Source: the human T2T-CHM13v2.0 reference genome, Homo sapiens. Taken from it: a DNA stretch of 64,000 nt. The notes below the pieces were generated by a model. The model worked only from the letters and a program-made list of their open reading frames with translations. It was not told the DNA's origin and did no database searches. The DNA is taken from NCBI RefSeq assembly GCF_009914755.1, contig NC_060944.1. One strand, 5' to 3'. Shown in pieces: positions 53,365 to 64,000 of this stretch. The position numbers were made by a program, and so were the translations under genes. Each line of letters starts with the position of its first letter. Within the stretch, counting starts at the first letter, position 1.

Positions 53365-55741
53365 CAGAAGCATTCTCAGAAACTTGTTCTTCATGTGTCC
53401 CCTCTACTGACAGAGTTGAACCTTTCTTTGCAAAGAGCAGCTTTGAAACACTCTTTTTGTAGAATCTGCAAGAGGATATTTGGATAGCTTGGAGGATTTC
53501 GTTGGAAACGGGTATGTCTTCAGATAAACTCCAGACAGAAGCATTCTCAGAAACTTCTTTGGGATGTTGCATTCAAGTCACAGAGTAGAACATTCCCATT
53601 CATAGAGCAGATTTGAAACACTCTTTTTGTAGTATCTGGAAGTGGACATTTGGAGCGCTTTCAGGCCTATGTTGAAAAAGGAAACATCTTCCCATAAAAA
53701 CTAGACGGAAGCATTCTCAGAAACTTATTTGTGATGTGTTTGCTCAACTAACAGGATTGAACCATCGTTTTGAAGGAGCAGTTTTGAAACACTGTTTTCG
53801 TGGAATCTGCAAGTGGATATTTGGCTAGCTTTGAGGATTTCGTTGGAAACGGGATTACATATAAAAAGGAGACAGCAGCATTCTCAGAAACTTCTTTGTG
53901 ATGTCTGCATTCAATTCACAGAGTTGAGCATTCCCTTTCATAGAGCAGGTTGGAAACACTCTTTCTGCATTCCCTGGAAGTGGACATTTGGAGCGCTTTC
54001 AGGACGACGGTGAAAATGGAAATATCTTCCAAGAAAATCTAGATAGAAGCAATGTCAGAAACTTTTATGTGATGGATCTACTCAGCTAACAGAGTTGAAC
54101 CTTTCTTTTGAGAGAGCAGTTTTGCAACACTCTTTTTGTGGAATATGCAAGTGGATATTAGGGCAGCTTTGAGGATTTCGTTGGAAACGGGAATACATGT
54201 AAAAAGCAGACAGCAGCATTCTCAGAAACTTCTTTGTGATGTTTGCATTGAAGTCACAGAGTTGAACATTCCCTTTGAGAGAGCAGGTTTGAAACACGCC
54301 TTTTGTCATATCTGGAAGTGTCCATTCGGAGCGCATTCAGGCTTGTGTTGAAAAAGGAAATATCCTCCCATAAAAACTAGACAGAAGCATTCTCAGAAAC
54401 TTATCTGTGATGTATGTACTCAACTAACAGAACTAAACCATCGTTTTGAAGGAGCAGTTTTGAAACACTCTTTTTGCGGAATCTGCAAGTGGATATTTGG
54501 CTAGCTGGGAGGATTTCGTTGGAAACGGGATTACATACAAAAAGCAGACAGCAGCATTCTCAGAAACTTCTTTGTGATGTTTGCATTCAAGTCACAGAGT
54601 TGAACATTCCCTTTCATAGAGCAGGTTTGAAACACTCTTTTTGTAGTATCTGGATGTGGACATTTGGATCGCTTTCAGGCCTATGGTGAAAAAGGAAATA
54701 TCTTCCCATGAAAACTAGACAGAAGCATTCTCAGAAACTTATTTGTGATGTGTGCCCTCAACTGACAGTGTTGAACCTTTGTTTTGATAGAGCAGTTCTG
54801 AAACACACTTTTTGTAAAATCTGCAAGAGGATATTTGGATAGCTTTGAGGATTTCGTTGGAAACGGGAATGTCTTCATGTAAACTCTAGACAGAAGCATT
54901 CTCAGAAACTGCTTTGGGATGTTTCAATTGAAGTCCCAGTGTTGAACATTCCCATTCATAGAGCAGGTTTGAAACACTCTTTTTGTACTATCTGGAAGTG
55001 GACATTTGGAGCGCTTTCAGGTCTACGGTGAAAAAGGAGATATCTTCCAATAAAAACTAGATAGAAGCAATGTCAGAACTTTTTTCATGATGTATCTACT
55101 CAGCAAACAGAGTTGAACCTTTCTTTTGAGAGAGCAGTTTTGAAACACTCTTTTTGTGGAATATGCAAGTGCGTATTAGGCCAGCTTGGAGGATTTCGTT
55201 GGAAACGGGAATACGTATAAAAAGCAGACAGCAGCATTGTCAGAAACTACTTTGTGATGTTTGCATTCAAGTCACAGAATTGAACACTCCCTTTCACAGA
55301 GCAGGTTTGAAACACTCTTTTTGTAGTGTCTGTAAGTGAACATTTGGATTGCTTTCAGGCCTAAGGTGAAAAAGGAAATATCTTCCCATAAAAACTAGAC
55401 AGAAGCATTCTCAGAAACTTGTTTGTGATGTGTGCCCTCTACTGACAGAGTTGAAGCTTTCTTTGCAAAGAGCAGTTTTGAAACACTCTTTTTGTAGAAT
55501 CTGCAAGAGGATATTTGGATAGCTTTGAGGATTTCTTGGGAAACGGGAATGTCTTCAGATAAACTCTAGACAGAAGCATTCTCAGAAACTTCTTTGGGAT
55601 GTTTCAATTGAAGTCACAGTGTTGAACATTCCCTTTCACAGAGCAGGTTTGAAACACTCTTTTTGTAGTGTCTATAAGTGAACATTTGGCGTGCTTTCAG
55701 GCCTAACGTGAAAAAGGAAATATCTTCCCATAAAAACTAGA
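53365..55741 (+). repeat. 14-mer HOR variant of 2377 bp with chimeric M4/M6 monomer (53873-54043); M5 deleted
   Basis: ORF spacing 53813 to 56190 = 2377 = 2719-342. The chimeric ORF ends ...HSFCIPWKWTFGALSGRR. Sequence switches from M4 (GAGCATTCCCTTTCATAG) to M6 (CTTTCTGCATTCCCTGG). Confidence 0.95.
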
Positions 55742-58700
55742 CAGAAGCATTCTCAGAAACTTGTTCTTCATGTGTCCCCTCTACTGACAGAGTTGAACCT
55801 TTCTTTGCAAAGAGCAGCTTTGAAACACTCTTTTTGTAGAATCTGCAAGAGGATATTTGGATAGCTTGGAGGATTTCGTTGGAAACGGGTATGTCTTCAG
55901 ATAAACTCCAGACAGAAGCATTCTCAGAAACTTCTTTGGGATGTTGCATTCAAGTCACAGAGTAGAACATTCCCATTCATAGAGCAGATTTGAAACACTC
56001 TTTTTGTAGTATCTGGAAGTGGACATTTGGAGCGCTTTCAGGCCTATGTTGAAAAAGGAAACATCTTCCCATAAAAACTAGACGGAAGCATTCTCAGAAA
56101 CTTATTTGTGATGTGTTTGCTCAACTAACAGGATTGAACCATCGTTTTGAAGGAGCAGTTTTGAAACACTGTTTTCGTGGAATCTGCAAGTGGATATTTG
56201 GCTAGCTTTGAGGATTTCGTTGGAAACGGGATTACATATAAAAAGGAGACAGCAGCATTCTCAGAAACTTCTTTGTGATGTCTGCATTCAATTCACAGAG
56301 TTGAGCATTCCCTTTCATAGAGCAGGTTGGAAACACTCTTTTTGTAGTATCTGGATGAGGACATTTGGAGCGCTTTCAGGCGTATGGTGAAAAAGGAAAT
56401 ATCTTCCCGTAAAAACTAGACAGAAGCATTCTCAGAAGTTTATTTGTGATGTGTGCCCTCAACTAACAGAGTTGAACCTTTCTTTTGATAGAGCAGTTTT
56501 GAAACACTCTTTTTGTAAAATCTGCAAGAGGATATTTGGATAGCTTTGAGGATTTCGTTGCAAACGGGAATGGCTTCATATAAACTCTAGACAGAAGCAT
56601 TCTCAGAAACTTCGTTGGGATGTTTCGATTGAAGTCCCAGTGTTGAACATTCCCTTTTATAGAGCAGGTTGGAAACACTCTTTCTGCATTCCCTGGAAGT
56701 GGACATTTGGAGCGCTTTCAGGACGACGGTGAAAATGGAAATATCTTCCAAGAAAATCTAGATAGAAGCAATGTCAGAAACTTTTATGTGATGGATCTAC
56801 TCAGCTAACAGAGTTGAACCTTTCTTTTGAGAGAGCAGTTTTGCAACACTCTTTTTGTGGAATATGCAAGTGGATATTAGGGCAGCTTTGAGGATTTCGT
56901 TGGAAACGGGAATACATGTAAAAAGCAGACAGCAGCATTCTCAGAAACTTCTTTGTGATGTTTGCATTGAAGTCACAGAGTTGAACATTCCCTTTGAGAG
57001 AGCAGGTTTGAAACACGCCTTTTGTCATATCTGGAAGTGTCCATTCGGAGCGCATTCAGGCTTGTGTTGAAAAAGGAAATATCCTCCCAGAAAAACTAGA
57101 CAGAAGCATTCTCAGAAACTTATCTGTGATGTATGTACTCAACTAACAGAACTAAACCATCGTTTTGAAGGAGCAGTTTTGAAACACTCTTTTTGCGGAA
57201 TCTGCAAGTGGATATTTGGCTAGCTGGGAGGATTTCGTTGGAAACGGGATTACATACAAAAAGCAGACAGCAGCATTCTCAGAAACTTCTTTGTGATGTT
57301 TGCATTCAAGTCACAGAGTTGAACATTCCCTTTCATAGAGCAGGTTTGAAACACTCTTTTTGTAGTATCTGGATGTGGACATTTGGATCGCTTTCAGGCC
57401 TATGGTGAAAAAGGAAATATCTTCCCATGAAAACTAGACAGAAGCATTCTCAGAAACTTATTTGTGATGTGTGCCCTCAACTGACAGTGTTGAACCTTTG
57501 TTTTGATAGAGCAGTTCTGAAACACACTTTTTGTAAAATCTGCAAGAGGATATTTGGATAGCTTTGAGGATTTCGTTGGAAACGGGAATGTCTTCATGTA
57601 AACTCTAGACAGAAGCATTCTCAGAAACTGCTTTGGGATGTTTCAATTGAAGTCCCAGTGTTGAACATTCCCATTCATAGAGCAGGTTTGAAACACTCTT
57701 TTTGTACTATCTGGAAGTGGACATTTGGAGCGCTTTCAGGTCTACGGTGAAAAAGGAGATATCTTCCAATAAAAACTAGATAGAAGCAATGTCAGAACTT
57801 TTTTCATGATGTATCTACTCAGCAAACAGAGTTGAACCTTTCTTTTGAGAGAGCAGTTTTGAAACACTCTTTTTGTGGAATATGCAAGTGGGTATTAGGC
57901 CAGCTTGGAGGATTTCGTTGGAAACGGGAATACGTATAAAAAGCAGACAGCAGCATTGTCAGAAACTACTTTGTGATGTTTGCATTCAAGTCACAGAATT
58001 GAACACTCCCTTTCACAGAGCAGGTTTGAAACACTCTTTTTGTAGTGTCTGTAAGTGAACATTTGGATTGCTTTCAGGCCTAAGGTGAAAAAGGAAATAT
58101 CTTCCCATAAAAACTAGACAGAAGCATTCTCAGAAACTTGTTTGTGATGTGTGCCCTCTACTGACAGAGTTGAAGCTTTCTTTGCAAAGAGCAGTTTTGA
58201 AACACTCTTTTTGTAGAATCTGCAAGAGGATATTTGGATAGCTTTGAGGATTTCTTGGGAAACGGGAATGTCTTCAGATAAACTCTAGACAGAAGCATTC
58301 TCAGAAACTTCTTTGGGATGTTTCAATTGAAGTCACAGTGTTGAACATTCCCTTTCACAGAGCAGGTTTGAAACACTCTTTTTGTAGTGTCTATAAGTGA
58401 ACATTTGGCGTGCTTTCAGGCCTAACGTGAAAAAGGAAATATCTTCCCATAAAAACTAGACAGAAGCATTCTCAGAAACTTGTTCTTGATGTGTCCCCTC
58501 TACTGACAGAGTTGAACCTTTCTTTGCAAAGAGCAGCTTTGAAACACTCTTTTTGTAGAATCTGCAAGAGGATATTTGGATAGCTTGGAGGATTTCGTTG
58601 GAAACGGGTATGTCTTCAGATAAACTCTAGACAGAAGCATTCTCAGAAACTTCTTTGGGATGTTGCATTCAAGTCACAGAGTAGAACATTCCCATTCATA

Positions 58701-61700
58701 GAGCAGATTTGAAACACTCTTTTTGTAGTATCTGGAAGTGGACATTTGGAGCGCTTTCAGGCCTATGTTGAAAAAGGAAACATCTTCCCATAAAAACTAG
58801 ACGGAAGCATTCTCAGAAACTTATTTGTGATGTGTTTGCTCAACTAACAGGATTGAACCATCGTTTTGAAGGAGCAGTTTTGAAACACTGTTTTCGTGGA
58901 ATCTGCAAGTGGATATTTGGCTAGCTTTGAGGATTTCGTTGGAAACGGGATTACATATAAAAAGGAGACAGCAGCATTCTCAGAAACTTCTTTGTGATGT
59001 CTGCATTCAATTCACAGAGTTGAGCATTCCCTTTCATAGAGCAGGTTGGAAACACTCTTTTTGTAGTATCTGGATGAGGACATTTGGAGCGCTTTCAGGC
59101 GTATGGTGAAAAAGGAAATATCTTCCCGTAAAAACTAGACAGAAGCATTCTCAGAAGTTTATTTGTGATGTGTGCCCTCAACTAACAGAGTTGAACCTTT
59201 CTTTTGATAGAGCAGTTTTGAAACACTCTTTTTGTAAAATCTGCAAGAGGATATTTGGATAGCTTTGAGGATTTCGTTGCAAACGGGAATGGCTTCATAT
59301 AAACTCTAGACAGAAGCATTCTCAGAAACTTCGTTGGGATGTTTCGATTGAAGTCCCAGTGTTGAACATTCCCTTTTATAGAACAGGTTGGAAACACTCT
59401 TTCTGCATTCCCTGGAAGTGGACATTTGGAGCGCTTTCAGGACGACGGTGAAAATGGAAATATCTTCCAAGAAAATCTAGATAGAAGCAATGTCAGAAAC
59501 TTTTATGTGATGGATCTACTCAGCTAACAGAGTTGAACCTTTCTTTTGAGAGAGCAGTTTTGCAACACTCTTTTTGTGGAATATGCAAGTGGATATTAGG
59601 GCAGCTTTGAGGATTTCGTTGGAAACGGGAATACATGTAAAAAGCAGACAGCAGCATTCTCAGAAACTTCTTTGTGATGTTTGCATTGAAGTCACAGAGT
59701 TGAACATTCCCTTTGAGAGAGCAGGTTTGAAACACGCCTTTTGTCATATCTGGAAGTGTCCATTCGGAGCGCATTCAGGCTTGTGTTGAAAAAGGAAATA
59801 TCCTCCCGGAAAAACTAGACAGAAGCATTCTCAGAAACTTATCTGTGATGTATGTACTCAACTAACAGAACTAAACCATCGTTTTGAAGGAGCAGTTTTG
59901 AAACACTCTTTTTGCGGAATCTGCAAGTGGATATTTGGCTAGCTGGGAGGATTTCGTTGGAAACGGGATTACATACAAAAAGCAGACAGCAGCATTCTCA
60001 GAAACTTCTTTGTGATGTTTGCATTCAAGTCACAGAGTTGAACATTCCCTTTCATAGAGCAGGTTTGAAACACTCTTTTTGTAGTATCTGGATGTGGACA
60101 TTTGGATCGCTTTCAGGACTATGGTGAAAAAGGAAATATCTTCCCATGAAAACTAGACAGAAGCATTCTCAGAAACTTATTTGTGATGTGTGCCCTCAAC
60201 TGACAGTGTTGAACCTTTGTTTTGATAGAGCAGTTCTGAAACACACTTTTTGTAAAATCTGCAAGAGGATATTTGGATAGCTTTGAGGATTTCGTTGGAA
60301 ACGGGAATGTCTTCATGTAAACTCTAGACAGAAGCATTCTCAGAAACTGCTTTGGGATGTTTCAATTGAAGTCCCAGTGTTGAACATTCCCTTTCATAGA
60401 GCAGGTTTGAAACACTCTTTTTGTACTATCTGGAAGTGGACATTTGGAGCGCTTTCAGGTCTACGGTGAAAAAGGAGATATCTTCCAATAAAAACTAGAT
60501 AGAAGCAATGTCAGAACTTTTTTCATGATGTATCTACTCAGCAAACAGAGTTGAACCTTTCTTTTGAGAGAGCAGTTTTGAAACACTCTTTTTGTGGAAT
60601 ATGCAAGTGGGTATTAGGCCAGCTTGGAGGATTTCGTTGGAAACGGGAATACGTATAAAAAGCAGACAGCAGCATTGTCAGAAACTACTTTGTGATGTTT
60701 GCATTCAAGTCACAGAATTGAACACTCCCTTTCACAGAGCAGGTTTGAAACACTCTTTTTGTAGTGTCTGTAAGTGAACATTTGGATTGCTTTCAGGCCT
60801 AAGGTGAAAAAGGAAATATCTTCCCATAAAAACTAGACAGAAGCATTCTCAGAAACTTGTTTGTGATGTGTGCCCTCTACTGACAGAGTTGAACCTTTCT
60901 TTGCAAAGAGCAGTTTTGAAACACTCTTTTTGTAGAATCTGCAAGAGGATATTTGGATAGCTTTGAGGATTTCTTGGGAAACGGGAATGTCTTCAGATAA
61001 ACTCTAGACAGAAGCATTCTCAGAAACTTCTTTGGGATGTTTCAATTGAAGTCACAGTGTTGAACATTCCCTTTCACAGAGCAGGTTTGAAACACTCTTT
61101 TTGTAGTGTCTATAAGTGAACATTTGGCGTGCTTTCAGGCCTAACGTGAAAAAGGAAATATCTTCCCATAAAAACTAGACAGAAGCATTCTCAGAAACTT
61201 GTTCTTGATGTGTCCCCTCTACTGACAGAGTTGAACCTTTCTTTGCAAAGAGCAGCTTTGAAACACACTTTTTGTAGAATCTGCAAGAGGATATTTGGAT
61301 AGCTTGGAGGATTTCGTTGGAAACGGGTATGTCTTCAGATAAACTCTAGACAGAAGCATTCTCAGAAACTTCTTTGGGATGTTGCATTCAAGTCACAGAG
61401 TAGAACATTCCCATTCATAGAGCAGATTTGAAACACTCTTTTTGTAGTATCTGGAAGTGGACATTTGGAGCGCTTTCAGGCCTATGTTGAAAAAGGAAAT
61501 ATCTTCCCATAAAAACTAGACGGAAGCATTCTCAGAAACTTATTTGTGATGTGTTTGCTCAACTAACAGGATTGAACCATCGTTTTGAAGGAGCAGTTTT
61601 GAAACACTGTTTTCGTGGAATCTGCAAGTGGATATTTGGCTAGCTTTGAGGATTTCGTTGGAAACGGGATTACATATAAAAAGGAGACAGCAGCATTCTC

Positions 61701-63898
61701 AGAAACTTCTTTGTGATGTCTGCATTCAATTCACAGAGTTGAGCATTCCCTTTCATAGAGCAGGTTGGAAACACTCTTTTTGTAGTATCTGGATGAGGAC
61801 ATTTGGAGCGCTTTCAGGCGTATGGTGAAAAAGGAAATATCTTCCCGTAAAAACTAGACAGAAGCATTCTCAGAAGTTTATTTGTGATGTGTGCCCTCAA
61901 CTAACAGAGTTGAACCTTTCTTTTGATAGAGCAGTTTTGAAACACTCTTTTTGTAAAATCTGCAAGAGGATATTTGGATAGCTTTGAGGATTTCGTTGCA
62001 AACGGGAATGGCTTCATATAAACTCTAGACAGAAGCATTCTCAGAAACTTCGTTGGGATGTTTCGATTGAAGTCCCAGTGTTGAACATTCCCTTTTATAG
62101 AGCAGATTGGAAACACTCTTTCTGCATTCCCTGGAAGTGGACATTTGGAGCGCTTTCAGGACGACGGTGAAAATGGAAATATCTTCCAAGAAAATATAGA
62201 TAGAAGCAATGTCAGAAACTTTTATGTGATGGATCTACTCAGCTAACAGAGTTGAACCTTTCTTTTGAGAGAGCAGTTTTGCAACACTCTTTTTGTGGAA
62301 TATGCAAGTGGATATTAGGGCAGCTTTGAGGATTTCGTTGGAAACGGGAATACATGTAAAAAGCAGACAGCAGCATTCTCAGAAACTTCTTTGTGATGTT
62401 TGCATTGAAGTCACAGAGTTGAACATTCCCTTTGAGAGAGCAGGTTTGAAACACGCCTTTTGTCATATCTGGAAGTGTCCATTCGGAGCGCATTCAGGCT
62501 TGTGTTGAAAAAGGAAATATCCTCCCATAAAAACTAGACAGAAGCATTCTCAGAAACTTATTTGTGATGTATGTACTCAACTAACAGAACTAAACCATCG
62601 TTTTGAAGGAGCAGTTTTGAAACACTCTTTTTGCGGAATCTGCAAGTGGATATTTGGCTAGCTGGGAGGATTTCGTTGGAAACGGGATTACATACAAAAA
62701 GCAGACAGCAGCATTCTCAGAAACTTCTTTGTGATGTTTGCATTCAAGTCACAGAGTTGAACATTCCCTTTCATAGAGCAGGTTTGAAACACTCTTTTTG
62801 TAGTATCTGGATGTGGACATTTGGATCGCTTTCAGGACTATGGTGAAAAAGGAAATATCTTCCCATGAAAACTAGACAGAAGCATTCTCAGAAACTTATT
62901 TGTGATGTGTGCCCTCAACTGACAGTGTTGAACCTTTGTTTTGATAGAGCAGTTCTGAAACACACTTTTTGTAAAATCTGCAAGAGGATATTTGGATAGC
63001 TTTGAGGATTTCGTTGGAAACGGGAATGTCTTCATGTAAACTCTGGACAGAAGCATTCTCAGAAACTGCTTTGGGATGTTTCAATTGAAGTCCCAGTGTT
63101 GAACATTCCCTTTCATAGAGCAGGTTTGAAACACTCTTTTTGTACTATCTGGAAGTGGACATTTGGAGCGCTTTCAGGTCTACGGTGAAAAAGGAGATAT
63201 CTTCCAATAAAAACTAGATAGAAGCAATGTCAGAACTTTTTTCATGATGTATCTACTCAGCAAACAGAGTTGAACCTTTCTTTTGAGAGAGCAGTTTTGA
63301 AACACTCTTTTTGTGGAATATGCAAGTGGGTATTAGGCCAGCTTGGAGGATTTCGTTGGAAACGGGAATACGTATAAAAAGCAGACAGCAGCATTGTCAG
63401 AAACTACTTTGTGATGTTTGCATTCAAGTCACAGAATTGAACACTCCCTTTCACAGAGCAGGTTTGAAACACTCTTTTTGTAGTGTCTGTAAGTGAACAT
63501 TTGGATTGCTTTCAGGCCTAAGGTGAAAAAGGAAATATCTTCCCATAAAAACTAGACAGAAGCATTCTCAGAAACTTGTTTGTGATGTGTGCCCTCTACT
63601 GACAGAGTTGAACCTTTCTTTGCAAAGAGCAGTTTTGAAACACTCTTTTTGTAGAATCTGCAAGAGGATATTTGGATAGCTTTGAGGATTTCTTGGGAAA
63701 CGGGAATGTCTTCAGATAAACTCTAGACAGAAGCATTCTCAGAAACTTCTTTGGGATGTTTCAATTGAAGTCACAGTGTTGAACATTCCCTTTCACAGAG
63801 CAGGTTTGAAACACTCTTTTTGTAGTGTCTATAAGTGAACATTTGGCGTGCTTTCAGGCCTAACGTGAAAAAGGAAATATCTTCCCATAAAAACTAGA
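55742..63898 (+). repeat. Three tandem canonical 16-mer HOR copies (M1 at 55742, 58461, 61180); a partial M1 follows at 63899-64000
   Basis: Exact 2719-bp spacing 56190, 58909, 61628 in the ORF track; M1 start motif at 63899. Confidence 0.95.
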
Positions 63899-64000
63899 CA
63901 GAAGCATTCTCAGAAACTTGTTCGTGATGTGTGCCCTCTACTGACAGAGTTGAACCTTTCTTTGCAAAGAGCAGCTTTGAAACACACTTTTTGTAGAATC

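Larger units (their letters stand above)
1..64000 (+). repeat. Centromeric alpha-satellite higher-order repeat array (dimeric, SF2-like; 16-mer HOR of 2719 bp), probably human chr20 D20Z2/S2C20H1L
   Basis: Monomer start motif CAGAAGCATTCTCAGAAACT (variants CAGCAGC.., TAGAAGCAATG.., CGGAAGC..) recurs at 1, 172, 343, 514, 684, 851, 1022, 1193, 1364, 1531, 1702, 1869, 2040, 2211, 2382, 2549, 2720, 2891, 3062. The CENP-B box TTTCGTTGGAAACGGGA occurs in every second monomer. The ORF track repeats at exact 2719-bp steps (791, 3510, 6229, 8948...). The alpha-satellite call is certain. The chr20 assignment (about 0.8 confidence) rests on recall that the SF2 live array with a 16-mer is on chr20, whereas the chr17 16-mer is pentameric SF3. 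Confidence 0.99.

Noticed and set aside
53813-54013. Novel C-terminus on an ORF (…IPWKWTFGALSGRR), and new ORFs at 53360 and 55737
   Set aside because: These are by-products of the M4/M6 junction and of SNPs that remove stop codons; there is no evidence of coding function.
791-63496. Roughly 180 short ORFs (61-84 aa) on both strands, recurring in every HOR
   Set aside because: They are chance open frames in satellite monomers. Many start at non-ATG codons, overlap on opposite strands, resemble each other only through monomer homology, and appear or vanish with single SNPs. I recognise no protein family.
1-64000. CRISPR-like appearance (conserved motif CAGAAGCATTCTCAGAAACT at regular spacing)
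   Set aside because: The intervening sequences are homologous and repeat with the HOR rather than being unique spacers. The period is about 171 bp and there are no cas genes.
1-64000. Chromosome 17 D17Z1 as the identity (also a roughly 2.7 kb 16-mer)
   Set aside because: D17Z1 is built on the pentameric SF3 order, whereas this array alternates A and B monomers strictly and has SF2-like consensus motifs.
1-64000. Transposon insertion, inversion or non-satellite island
   Set aside because: The monomer register and orientation are continuous from end to end. All length deviations are explained by whole-monomer shifts and one 1-bp indel.
1-64000. Claim that this window is the kinetochore site (centromere dip region)
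   Set aside because: High homogeneity and dense CENP-B boxes fit an active array, but CENP-A position and methylation cannot be read from sequence.

Overview
The whole 64 kb is one uninterrupted head-to-tail array of primate (human-type) centromeric alpha satellite. It holds about 376 monomers of 167-171 bp, all in one orientation. I see no genes, RNA genes, transposon insertions or inversions. CENP-B-box (B-type) and pJalpha-type (A-type) monomers alternate strictly and form a highly homogeneous 16-monomer higher-order repeat (HOR) of 2719 bp. A dimeric, suprachromosomal family 2 (SF2)-like 16-mer of about 2.7 kb best matches the live chromosome 20 array (D20Z2 / S2C20H1L); this is from recall, not a search. 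My monomer numbering is arbitrary: M1 is the monomer starting at 343. There are 21 full 16-mers plus four register shifts, each with a chimeric junction: an out-of-register monomer at 1-342, a +342 bp dimer at about 22.1 kb, a +1018 bp 6-monomer shift at about 51 kb and a -342 bp deletion at about 53.9 kb. All ORFs in the track are artefacts of the repeat. I found no new gene-based system. The points of interest are the internal 6+6+2+2 architecture of the HOR, the structural variants that use those internal homologies, CENP-B box loss and gain, and SNP patterns recording duplication and conversion.
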